From an uncultured Acidobacteriota bacterium (GTDB taxonomy: Bacteria > Acidobacteriota > Thermoanaerobaculia > Multivoradales > UBA5704): 64,000 bases of DNA. The stretch is from positions 2,304,001 through 2,368,000 of the forward strand of contig CAVYRF010000002.1 in NCBI GenBank assembly GCA_963770895.1, written 5' to 3'. The position numbers were made by a program, and so were the translations under genes. This document shows positions 44,404 to 53,054 of this stretch, one piece after another. Below the pieces are notes generated by a model. That model did no database searches and was not told the origin of the DNA. It worked only from the letters and a program-made list of their open reading frames with translations. Within the stretch, counting starts at the first letter, position 1, and each line of letters begins with the position of its first letter.

Positions 44404-45807
44404 TCAGTTGCAGGCGAAGGCGCTGGTGTCCTGGATGGGGAGGAAGGCGGCGTTGGGCGGGTTGACGTAGCGGCGGGCGGCGCCGGTGGCGGTGTCGGTG
44501 ACGGTGATGACGACCTGGACGTCGGTCAGGCCGCCGGCGAAGACCCAGAAGTGGCCGCCGATGGTGCAGGCGTTGAGGACCTTGACCAGCAGCTCGATGT
44601 TGGTGGCGGCGAAAAACCAGAAGGCGCCGGTGTCGGCGGTGATGGGCAGGGTGGTGCCGGCGCCGGCGGTGGTGTCGGGCAGGAGCCATTCGGTCTGGAC
44701 GATGAAGCGGGCGTTGTCCAGGCACATGCGGTTGGCGGCCGGCGAGCAGGCGGGCGGCGGGGTGGGGCCCTTCCAGCCCAGCTGCACGACGTCGAAGTCG
44801 GCGGCGGACAGGTTGCCAAAGGCGGGGTTGAGCACGTCGTTATCCCAGCGGGTGTCGTAGGTGCCCTGGATGTACATGTCGCTGCCGTTGTCGGCCAGGA
44901 TCAGGCCGTAGGTCTTCATCGCCTGGAAGATCTTCTGCACGTAGGCGGGGTAGCCCGAGATGTCCTTGGCGGCCTTGAGGCGCAGGCGGGCGCCCATCGG
45001 CGGCGCGGCGGGGTTGGAGCCGGCGTCGTGCGAGGCGGGCCAGACGTGGCCGTTACTGTCGTGCACGGTGAAGCGGAAGGCGTGGCCGATGGGGTTGGGG
45101 CCGAACACTTCGTCGTAGCGGATCAGGCCGGGCAGGATGGCCAGGCCGGCGGCGTCGGCGCTGGTCCAGCCCTCGGGGCGCCGGGCGTCGGAGTCGAGCG
45201 GGAAGACGGCGCCGGAGCCCGCTTCCCAATGGTCGCTGTTCCAGTGCGCCTGGTAGAGCTCGAAGAGCACCCGGTGATCGCGGTCGACCAGCAGCATGTG
45301 GCAGTCGTCGGTGGTACAGCCGCCCGGATAGCCGCCCTCGATCCACTTGGGCTGGGTGCGCGCTGCCACCGGGATGGGGTAGCCGGGCGGCCGGCCGGGA
45401 GCGCCGGCATCGCTTTCATCGCCGTAGAGGACGAACTTGACCTGTTCGAGCGGCTGGCTGCCGGGCACCACGATGTAGGGAAACCCGTAGATGGAGTAGG
45501 AGGTGCTGGGGTCGTCGCCGCCAAAATCCGGGTGCAGAGGCGTGCCGGTGCCGCCGATGAAGTCGATGAGCGAGGCGCTGGAGGGGTCGACCGGCACGGC
45601 GCTGATGTCTTCGTTCCACCAGTTGTCGGGCGGAAACAGCGGCAGCGGCGGCGGCAGCGTGCCGCCCAGCTGCTGGGGCGCCGCAGCCGCCGCGGGCGCG
45701 CTGGCGGCGCCGGCGACGGGGCCGGACGTGGCGAGCGCCAGCGTCACCGCCGCCGCCAGCGCTGCCAGCCGGGGTCTTGGGGTCGCCGCTGTCGCCGCCG
45801 GTTTCAA
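44404..45807 (-). CDS. Secreted protein with a conserved unknown domain and a C-terminal CLxxxRF..FWFF..NxELLVKVL domain
   Basis: Signal peptide; GWTSADAAGL.ILPGL.RYDEV domain; C-terminal CLDNARF..FWFFAATNIELLVKVLNAC..FWVFAGGLTDV..DTSAF. Confidence 0.8.
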   Translation of the reverse strand: MKPAATAATPRPRLAALAAAVTLALATSGPVAGAASAPAAAAAPQQLGGTLPPPLPLFPPDNWWNEDISAVPVDPSSASLIDFIGGTGTPLHPDFGGDDPSTSYSIYGFPYIVVPGSQPLEQVKFVLYGDESDAGAPGRPPGYPIPVAARTQPKWIEGGYPGGCTTDDCHMLLVDRDHRVLFELYQAHWNSDHWEAGSGAVFPLDSDARRPEGWTSADAAGLAILPGLIRYDEVFGPNPIGHAFRFTVHDSNGHVWPASHDAGSNPAAPPMGARLRLKAAKDISGYPAYVQKIFQAMKTYGLILADNGSDMYIQGTYDTRWDNDVLNPAFGNLSAADFDVVQLGWKGPTPPPACSPAANRMCLDNARFIVQTEWLLPDTTAGAGTTLPITADTGAFWFFAATNIELLVKVLNACTIGGHFWVFAGGLTDVQVVITVTDTATGAARRYVNPPNAAFLPIQDTSAFACN

Positions 45808-47435
45808 TGGTTGGCGGGGTTGGTGACGTTGGAGTTGGTGGTGATGAAGCGGGCGATGTTGTCCTTCAGGGCTTCGCGGTCGGCGCGGCGGATGTACATC
45901 ATGTGACCAGCATTGTAGTACATCATCGATATGCGGTCCGCGTAGGTGGCGTCGAAGCCGATGTGGTTGAAGGTGTACTGGGTGGCGAAGAACGGCGTCG
46001 CCAGGTCGTAGTAGCCGTTGTTGACCAGGACCTTCAGGTTGGGGTTGATGGCCATGGCGAAGCGCAGGTCTTCGGCGACGTTGACGTACTGGTTGTCGTA
46101 GGGCCGGTAGTTCCAGGGGCGCACCTTGTCGGTGAGCAGCTCGTAGTTGAGCTCGCTCTTGAAGCCCAGCTCGCGCTCGATGTAGTCGTTGAACACCGCC
46201 GCGAAGGGTCCCGAAAATGCGGCGTTCGCCGGGTCGAATTCAAAGCGGTCGGCCGAGGCGGTGCGGTCGACGCCCTTGAAGCGGGTGTCCAGGCGGCCGA
46301 CGGTCAGGCGCTCGGAGCGCAGCAGCTCCTTGACGAACTCGAAGATGGGCGGCCGCAGGTTTTCGGACTCCAGGAAGCCCTGGGACAGGCCGGTGTAGCG
46401 CGCCAGCTTCTGGGCGACCTGGTGGCGCTCGTCGGCCGAGAGGGTGTTGCCGCGCATCAGGGCCAGGGTGTATTCGCCCGCCGCAAAGCGCTCCGCTTCG
46501 GCCAGCGCCTTTTGCAGGTCGCCCTGCTGCAGGTCGGCGGGGAGCTTCTTGTGGTACCAGGCGGTGGCGGTGTAGGTGGGCAGGAAGAGCGGGTAGGGCA
46601 GGTCGTTGCCGACGTCGAAGCGCGCCGTGCCGAAGTTGAGGATCGACGACACCAGCACGATGCCGTTGAGGTAGATGTTGAGCTTTTCCTGCAGATAGCG
46701 CGACAGGCCGGCCGAACGGGTGGTGCCGTAGCTCTCGCCGGCCAGGAACTTGGGGCTGGACCAGCGCTCGTAGCGCGCGATGTACTCACGGATGAAGTCG
46801 CCCACCGACTCGATGTCCTCGCGCACGCCGTGGAAGCTGGCGGCGTCTTCGCCCGGCGCCGGCCGGCTGAAGCCGGTGCTCACCGGGTCGATGAAGACCA
46901 GGTCGGTGACGTCCAGCAGCGACTCGTTGTTGTCGGCGATCTGGTAGGGCGGCGGCGGCGCCCAGCCTTCGTCGTCGAGCACCACCCGGCGCGGACCGAA
47001 GGCGCCCATGTGCAGCCAGGCCGAGGCGGATCCCGGTCCGCCGTTGTAGGCGAAGGTGATCGGGCGCCGCCCCATCTCCAGGAAACCGTCGCGGGTGTAG
47101 GCGGTGAAATAGATCGTCGCCCGCACCTTGCCGTCGTCGTTCTTGAGCAGCATGGTGCCGGTGGTGGCGGTGTAGGCGACGTCGTGGCCGCCGATGCGCG
47201 CCCGGTGATGGGTGGTGATCAGCTTCTCTTCCGGCGTCCGGCCGTGCTCGGAGCGCCCGGCGGCGTCTTCGTGCCGCGCCGCGGCGCCGTCGGGCGTCCG
47301 CCCTTCCGGTCGGGACGCCTCCTCGCGCGGCGCGGGAGCGTCCGGCGGACGTTGAGCGACGGCGGGAGCGGCCGCCGCCAGCAGGGCCGCGGCGGCGGAC
47401 GCGACGATCCAGGTGGTGCAAATGCGCTGTGACAT
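45804..47435 (-). CDS. S10 family serine carboxypeptidase, secreted
   Basis: YNGGPGSAS, FIDPVSTGFS, nucleophile GESYG, YDLATP, AGHMMY. Confidence 0.92.
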   Translation of the reverse strand: MSQRICTTWIVASAAAALLAAAAPAVAQRPPDAPAPREEASRPEGRTPDGAAARHEDAAGRSEHGRTPEEKLITTHHRARIGGHDVAYTATTGTMLLKNDDGKVRATIYFTAYTRDGFLEMGRRPITFAYNGGPGSASAWLHMGAFGPRRVVLDDEGWAPPPPYQIADNNESLLDVTDLVFIDPVSTGFSRPAPGEDAASFHGVREDIESVGDFIREYIARYERWSSPKFLAGESYGTTRSAGLSRYLQEKLNIYLNGIVLVSSILNFGTARFDVGNDLPYPLFLPTYTATAWYHKKLPADLQQGDLQKALAEAERFAAGEYTLALMRGNTLSADERHQVAQKLARYTGLSQGFLESENLRPPIFEFVKELLRSERLTVGRLDTRFKGVDRTASADRFEFDPANAAFSGPFAAVFNDYIERELGFKSELNYELLTDKVRPWNYRPYDNQYVNVAEDLRFAMAINPNLKVLVNNGYYDLATPFFATQYTFNHIGFDATYADRISMMYYNAGHMMYIRRADREALKDNIARFITTNSNVTNPANH

Positions 47436-47522
47436 CGACGGACCCCCCTCGAAAGCAATTGCAGTTCAACCTGTTCAGTACGCCTCGGGGAAGTGCGGGT
47501 TCCCAGCCGTGCGACGCAGCGG

Positions 47523-49058
47523 TCAGTAGCGCGGCACCGTGGGGTCCACCTGGACGCTCCAGGCTTCGATGCCGCCGGCGAGGTTGCGGGCCGCGGCAAT
47601 GCCGTGGCCGCGCATGAACTCGACGGCCTGGGCGGAGCGCATGCCGCTGTGGCAGTGCACCACGTAGCGCGCCGCCGGGTCGAGCTGGCCGATCTCGCCC
47701 GGCAGCTCCTGGAGCGGCAGCAGGCGCGAGCCTTCGATGCGACAGATCGCGTATTCCTGGGGCGAGCGCACGTCGAGCAGGGTGAAGTCGCGCCCCTCGG
47801 TGCGCCAGCGGCTGAGCTCCTGGACGGAGATGTCGAAGTCGTCGCCCTCCGCCGCGGCGTCCGCCGCGTGGTCGTCGCCGGCGGCGTGGCCGGATGCCGT
47901 GGCGGCTGCGGCCGCGGCGCGGGCCGGCGGCGCGATGCCGCAGAACTGGTCGTAGTCGATCAGCCCGTGCTGCGTCGGGTGGGCGGAGCAGATCGGACAG
48001 TTGGGGTCCTTGCGCAGCTTGAGCTCGCGGAACTTCATCTTGAGCGCGTCGAACAGCAGCAGGCGGCCGATCATCGGTTCGCCGGCGCCGACGATGAGCT
48101 TGATGACCTCGTTGGCCTGCAGCGCGCCGATGATGCCGGGCAGCACGCCCAAAACGCCGCCTTCGGCGCACGATGGCACCAGGCCGGGCGGCGGCGGCTC
48201 GGGGAAGAGGCAGCGGTAGCAGGGGCCGCGCGCGCCCCAGAAGATCGAGACCTGACCCTCGAAGCGGAAGATCGAGCCGTAGACGTTGGGCTTGCCGGTC
48301 AACACGCAGGCGTCGTTGACCAGGTAGCGGGTCTGGAAGTTGTCGGTGCCGTCGACGACGATGTCGTAGCCGGCAAACAGCTCCAGGGCGTTGCTGGCAT
48401 CGAGGCGCAGGGCGTGCGGCACCAGGTCGATGTGGGGATTGATGCCGCGCAGCCGGGCGATCGCCGCGTCCAGCTTCGGCCGGCCGACGTCGGCGTGGCT
48501 GAACAGCACCTGGCGGTGCAGATTGCTTTCGTCCACCACGTCGAATTCCACCAGCCCCAAGGTGCCGACCCCGGCCGCCGCCAGGTAGAGCCCGAGCGGC
48601 GATCCCAGGCCGCCGGTGCCGATGGCGAGCACGCGGGCGGCCTTGAGCAGGCGCTGCCCCTCCATCCCCACCTCCGGCATGATCAGGTGGCGGCTGTACT
48701 GGCGGATCTCCGCGGCGTCGAGCGACGGCAGCGCCGCTGCCGCGCCGCCGGCCGTGGCCGCGCCGGGATCGCCGGCGTCGCCGGTGCCGCCGGCGATCGA
48801 CGGGATGATGGTCAGCGTGTCGCCGGCGGCGATGGGCGTGGCGCCGCGCTCGAGGTGGCGCACGTCGTCTTCGTTGAGAAAGATGTTGACGAAGCTGCGC
48901 AGCGTGCCGTCGGCGGTGTACAGGTGGGGCTTGAGCCCGGGATGCTGGCGCACCAGGTCGGCCAGCGCCTGATCCACCGTGGTGCCGGCGACGTCCACGT
49001 CGGCGGTTTCGCCGGTGAACCGTCGCAGGGGGGTCGGAATCTGAATCGTCACAGCCAT
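47523..49058 (-). CDS. moeB: Ubiquitin-like sulfur carrier (CysO/MoaD/ThiS)-MoeB/E1 adenylyltransferase-rhodanese fusion (MoeZ-like)
   Basis: Residues 1-91 form a beta-grasp domain ending IIPSIAGG; E1 motifs YSRH, GTGGLG, SNLHRQ, CYRC, SCAEGG, CPIC; rhodanese CHSGMRS. Confidence 0.92.
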   Translation of the reverse strand: MAVTIQIPTPLRRFTGETADVDVAGTTVDQALADLVRQHPGLKPHLYTADGTLRSFVNIFLNEDDVRHLERGATPIAAGDTLTIIPSIAGGTGDAGDPGAATAGGAAAALPSLDAAEIRQYSRHLIMPEVGMEGQRLLKAARVLAIGTGGLGSPLGLYLAAAGVGTLGLVEFDVVDESNLHRQVLFSHADVGRPKLDAAIARLRGINPHIDLVPHALRLDASNALELFAGYDIVVDGTDNFQTRYLVNDACVLTGKPNVYGSIFRFEGQVSIFWGARGPCYRCLFPEPPPPGLVPSCAEGGVLGVLPGIIGALQANEVIKLIVGAGEPMIGRLLLFDALKMKFRELKLRKDPNCPICSAHPTQHGLIDYDQFCGIAPPARAAAAAATASGHAAGDDHAADAAAEGDDFDISVQELSRWRTEGRDFTLLDVRSPQEYAICRIEGSRLLPLQELPGEIGQLDPAARYVVHCHSGMRSAQAVEFMRGHGIAAARNLAGGIEAWSVQVDPTVPRY

Positions 49059-49085
49059 GGGACCGTCTCCTTGTGTCGCCGGCCG

Positions 49086-49577
49086 TCAGCCGGCGCCGGC
49101 CAAGATCTCTTCTTCTTCGAAGCGCTCCCGGTCGTCGCGCAAGCGCCAGCTGCGGGCCGTGCCGGCTTGGCCCTGGCGCACCGCCACGATCAGGTACGAC
49201 AGGCCCGGCCAGGCGTGCTCGCGATCGAACTCGCTGGGTTCGGCCGGGTGGTCGGGATGGGAGTGGTAGTAGCCGACGACCGACAGGCCCGCGGCGCGCG
49301 CCTCCTTGTGCGCCGCGAGCACGGTTTCAGGGCTGATCACGAAGCGGTTGTGGCGGCTGTCCTGGCGCTCGTTGCTGGCCGGCACCAGGCGCTCCACGCG
49401 GGTGGCGCCGCCGGCGGCGGTGCCGAGCAGGAAGCCGCAGCACTCCTCGGGGTAGGTGCGCTCGCCGTGGCGGGCGATGGCCGCCAGGTCCGTGCCGGCC
49501 AGGGTGAGCGACGGCGGGCGCCCGGCGGAAGTGGCGGCGGTGGCGGCAGCGCCGCCGGCGGTCGGGTCCTGAGTCAT
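49086..49577 (-). CDS. JAB/MPN+ (M67, Mec-like) metallopeptidase
   Basis: YPEECCGFL and YHSHPDHPAEPSEFD JAMM motif; ATGA overlap with cysteine synthase. Confidence 0.92.
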   Translation of the reverse strand: MTQDPTAGGAAATAATSAGRPPSLTLAGTDLAAIARHGERTYPEECCGFLLGTAAGGATRVERLVPASNERQDSRHNRFVISPETVLAAHKEARAAGLSVVGYYHSHPDHPAEPSEFDREHAWPGLSYLIVAVRQGQAGTARSWRLRDDRERFEEEEILAGAG

Positions 49578-50587
49578 GCGGAGACTTCCTCCCAAAACGG
49601 GTCCGACAGGTACTTGTCGGCGCCGTCGCACAGCACGGTGACGACGTTGGCGGCGGCGCCCGGCGGCACTTCGGCGGCGACTTCGAGCGCCGCCGCGACG
49701 TTGGCGCCCGACGAGATGCCCACCCGCAGCCCCAGCTGGCGCGCCAGCCGGCGCACCATGGCATAGGCGCTCTCGGTCGCAATCTCGCGCGCCGCGTCGG
49801 CCAGGGCCGGATCGTAGATGGGGGGCACCAGCGCCGACTCCATGTGCTTCATCCCCTCCAGGCCGTGGAAGGGCGAGTCGGGCTCGACCGAGATCAAGCG
49901 CACCCGCGGCAGCTGCGCGCGCAGGTAGCGCCCGACCCCCATGAAGGTGCCGCTGGTGCCCAGGCCGGTGACGAAATGGGTAATCTGGCCGGCGCATTGG
50001 GCGACGATCTCGGGGCCGGTGGTGCGGTAGTGCGCCTGCCAGTTTTCGGGGTTGCCGTACTGGTCCAGGTACGCGTAGCGGTCCGCATGGGCGGCGGCCA
50101 GGCGGCGCGCCTCCAGGATGGCGCCGTCGCTGCCCGCGAGCGGATCGGTCAGCACCACCTCGGCGCCGTAGGCGGCCAGGATCTGGCGCCGCTCGCGGCT
50201 GGCGTTTTCGGGCATGCAGAGGGTCACCGGGATGCGCCGCGCCGCGCCGATCATGGCAAACGCGATGCCGGTGTTGCCGGAGGTGGCGTCGAGCAGGCGC
50301 CGGCCGGCCGCCCCCGCTCCCGCCGCCAGCAGCCCGCGGCGCTCCGCGTCCAGCACCATCGCCAGCGCCGGGCGGTCCTTGACCGAGCCGCCGGGGTTGG
50401 CCAGCTCGGCCTTGGCGAACAGGCGCACCTGGGGCCGGCCGGTCAGCTCGGACAGGTCGATCAGCGGCGTATTGCCGATCAGCTCCAGCACGCGCCGAGG
50501 CCCCCCGGCGGCGGCGATACCGGTGCCGGCGCCGGTGCCGGCGGCAGGCTGGAGCCCGGCGCGGGATAGCGAGGTGGTGTCCGGCAT
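49574..50587 (-). CDS. PLP-dependent cysteine synthase family protein (CysM-like)
   Basis: IGNTPL, NPGGSVKDR (PLP Lys), TSGNTG, GTSGT, GISSGA; start approximate. Confidence 0.92.
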   Translation of the reverse strand: MPDTTSLSRAGLQPAAGTGAGTGIAAAGGPRRVLELIGNTPLIDLSELTGRPQVRLFAKAELANPGGSVKDRPALAMVLDAERRGLLAAGAGAAGRRLLDATSGNTGIAFAMIGAARRIPVTLCMPENASRERRQILAAYGAEVVLTDPLAGSDGAILEARRLAAAHADRYAYLDQYGNPENWQAHYRTTGPEIVAQCAGQITHFVTGLGTSGTFMGVGRYLRAQLPRVRLISVEPDSPFHGLEGMKHMESALVPPIYDPALADAAREIATESAYAMVRRLARQLGLRVGISSGANVAAALEVAAEVPPGAAANVVTVLCDGADKYLSDPFWEEVSA

Positions 50588-50780
50588 CCTTTGCAAACCG
50601 ATCGAGCGGTGGTCCCCCCTGGAACCCATAAATATCACTGGTGCGGTCACGAATTCCGGCCGGGGCGCCAGGCGGCGGCCGGGCCTGGCCGCGAGGTGGC
50701 GGTGCCGGCAGGCGCCTGGGGATGTCGTGGTCCGCCGGCGAACGACGCGCCGGCGGGGGCCGGCGGCCGCGGCGGCCGCT

Positions 50781-51689
50781 CTACCGCGGCTGGAGCGCTT
50801 GCAGGATCTCGGGCGGCAGCGGCACCACCAGCGAAGCGGCGATCGACGCCGCGGTCAGCACCAGGCAGAGCAGCGCCGCGGCCTGGTGGTTGCCGCGCTC
50901 CGGCCGCAGCGGATCGAGCAGCCGCGCCACCAGGTAGCCGCCGATGAAGCCGCCGATGTGGGCGAAATTGTCCACGCCGCGCATGAGGAACCCGAAGATC
51001 GCCACGCTGATGGCGAAGCTCCATGCCTGCTGGCGGATGGCGCTGCTGCCGCTGCGCCGGCCGTAATACACCAGGGCGCCGATCAGGCCCAGGATGGGCG
51101 CCGAGGCGCCGACCGTCACCACCGCCCCGCCGCGGCCGATCAGGGCGATGACGGGGCCGAGCAGGCAACCGGTCTGCATGTGCTGCAGCAGCGCCATCGA
51201 GCTGCTGAGCAGGAAACCCGTCACCGACGACGCCGTGTAGAGGATGACCAGGCGGCTGGGGCCGTAGTATTCCGCGACCGCCGGCGCCAGCAGCCGCACC
51301 CAGTAGAGATTGAAGCCGATGTGCAGCAGCCCCGCGTGCAGCCAGCCGGCCGAAAGCGGTGTCCACCAGCGGTGCAACCCGTAGAGCGGCAGCGCGCCGC
51401 TGGCGCCAAATCGCAGCAGGCTCAGGTTGCTGGGCCCCAGGAAGTTGAACAGGCCCTGGGCCTGGATGCCGCTCGGATCGACCACCAGCATCAGCAGGTA
51501 CAGAAGGATGCACCCGGCCAGGATCGCGTCGACAAAACCCAGGTCGCGGCCCAGGCGCGCCAGCCAGGGCGTCAGCCCCCACATCCCCGGATTGCGCCGC
51601 CCGCAATAGAGGCACTCCTGCTGGCTGACTCCCACCAGGCGCCCGCAGCTGGGGCAAAGGACCGATCCGGTGCGCTGACGCCCAAACAT
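50781..51689 (-). CDS. Rhomboid intramembrane serine protease with N-terminal Zn ribbon
   Basis: CPSC..CLYC, HAGLLHIGFN, GASAP (Ser), AHIGG (His). Confidence 0.9.
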   Translation of the reverse strand: MFGRQRTGSVLCPSCGRLVGVSQQECLYCGRRNPGMWGLTPWLARLGRDLGFVDAILAGCILLYLLMLVVDPSGIQAQGLFNFLGPSNLSLLRFGASGALPLYGLHRWWTPLSAGWLHAGLLHIGFNLYWVRLLAPAVAEYYGPSRLVILYTASSVTGFLLSSSMALLQHMQTGCLLGPVIALIGRGGAVVTVGASAPILGLIGALVYYGRRSGSSAIRQQAWSFAISVAIFGFLMRGVDNFAHIGGFIGGYLVARLLDPLRPERGNHQAAALLCLVLTAASIAASLVVPLPPEILQALQPR

Positions 51690-51782
51690 GGCGCGTACTC
51701 TATCGTCTCCTGGAGGTGCGGGCGAGGCGGCGCATCCTCCCGCCGCCAAACCGGCGGCCGCCGCTCGGCCGCGGGCGCCGGT

Positions 51783-52667
51783 TCAGGGTTCGTCGGCGTC
51801 CAGATCGGGGACGGCGGCCAGGGGCGGTTGCGACCAGGCGCGCGCCAGGATCTGGGCGGCGCGCGGTGCGTCGGACTGGCGGACCTCCAGCCGGTTCCAG
51901 GCGACCACGTTGGTGGACAGCAGGTTGACGGCCGGCAGGCGCTCTTCCAGCACGCACGAGCGCACGCCTTCCGATTCCAGCAGGGTGCTGGCCAGGTGGG
52001 CCTCCCAGGGGGTGTGGAAGCGGGCGACCGTGGTCAGGGGCGCGTCTTCGGGTGTGGCCGGGATGGGCGCCGCGGGGTCGGGGCTGCCGGCCGGGAACCG
52101 CGGCGGGACGGCGCGTCCCCGGATTGCGCCGGCATCGCCGGCGCGGTCGGGGGTGCGGGCGGCGGCGGCGACCTCTTCGGTCTTCCACAGCACGCCGCAG
52201 TCGCCGCAGCGGTAGCCCTTGCGCCCCACCGGCAGGACGCCCAGCATCATGCGCGACGAGCGCTCCAGCTGGAGGTCGGCGCTGCCGCAGGCGGGACAGC
52301 GCGGTTCGGCGGGTGCCTGATGGACAGCGCCGGGGCCATCGATGGCAGCGACCGCGTCGGTGGCACCGGGCGCATCGGCATCGGCGGCGGGCTCCTGGGC
52401 CAGCAGGTAGATTTCTGGCAGCGGCGCCAGGCGCCGCAGCGCTTCGGCCGCTGCCGCGGCGTCCTGCTCGCGCACCTTCAGCTGGATGCCGCCGATGGCG
52501 TTGGACAGCGCCACCATGCGGATGACGTGCTCGTCGGCAATCATTGCCACGATCCCTTCGGCGCCCAGCCGCGCCTGCGCGACCTGCGCCTCCCAGGGGG
52601 TGCTGAAGGTGGCGACCGTGACCAGCCGTTGCAGCTCGTAGTGCGGATCGAGATCGCCGCCGCTCAC
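51783..52667 (-). CDS. Tandem DUF2007 (PII-like) domain protein with central Zn ribbon
   Basis: LVTVATFSTPWEAQVAQARLGAEGI and LTTVARFHTPWEAHLASTLLESEGV flanking CPAC..CGDC. Confidence 0.8.
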   Translation of the reverse strand: MSGGDLDPHYELQRLVTVATFSTPWEAQVAQARLGAEGIVAMIADEHVIRMVALSNAIGGIQLKVREQDAAAAAEALRRLAPLPEIYLLAQEPAADADAPGATDAVAAIDGPGAVHQAPAEPRCPACGSADLQLERSSRMMLGVLPVGRKGYRCGDCGVLWKTEEVAAAARTPDRAGDAGAIRGRAVPPRFPAGSPDPAAPIPATPEDAPLTTVARFHTPWEAHLASTLLESEGVRSCVLEERLPAVNLLSTNVVAWNRLEVRQSDAPRAAQILARAWSQPPLAAVPDLDADEP

Positions 52668-52849
52668 CGGAGCACCCCGCCGCTGCGCAGCAGCGCCATC
52701 ACGCCCACGGCCAGGGCGACGAAAAAGATCGCCGTCACCAGTGCCGCGACCAGCCCCGCGCGCCGGCTGCGTTGGTGGGCGGTGATGAAATAGGCGCCCA
52801 GCGAGGCAAGCACGGCGAACAGCAGGAAGAGCACGACGCTCAGCAGCAT
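52664..52849 (-). CDS. Small two-TM membrane protein
   Basis: 61 aa, two hydrophobic helices, 4-bp overlap with the next gene. Confidence 0.7.
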   Translation of the reverse strand: MLLSVVLFLLFAVLASLGAYFITAHQRSRRAGLVAALVTAIFFVALAVGVMALLRSGGVLR

Positions 52850-53054
52850 GGTGTCGTCGTCATAGGCAGGGCAAGGCAGGACAGTCGGGAGCGGCGGCCG
52901 CCGGCCGGTCGCTCGCCGCTGCCCGGCGGCAGGATCTTATCCCGGCGTGTCCGGCGTTGCGAGCAGGGCGAGCGTGGCGAGCGCAAGCTGCCCCAGCCGC
53001 GCGGCGTTCCGTGGGCGTGTGTCGCGGTCGAGGGCGCGGCCGGAGATTTTGTCT

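Noticed and set aside
50588-50780. Possible SAM or other riboswitch upstream of the cysteine synthase operon
   Set aside because: No recognisable conserved riboswitch core by eye; an Rfam scan would be needed.
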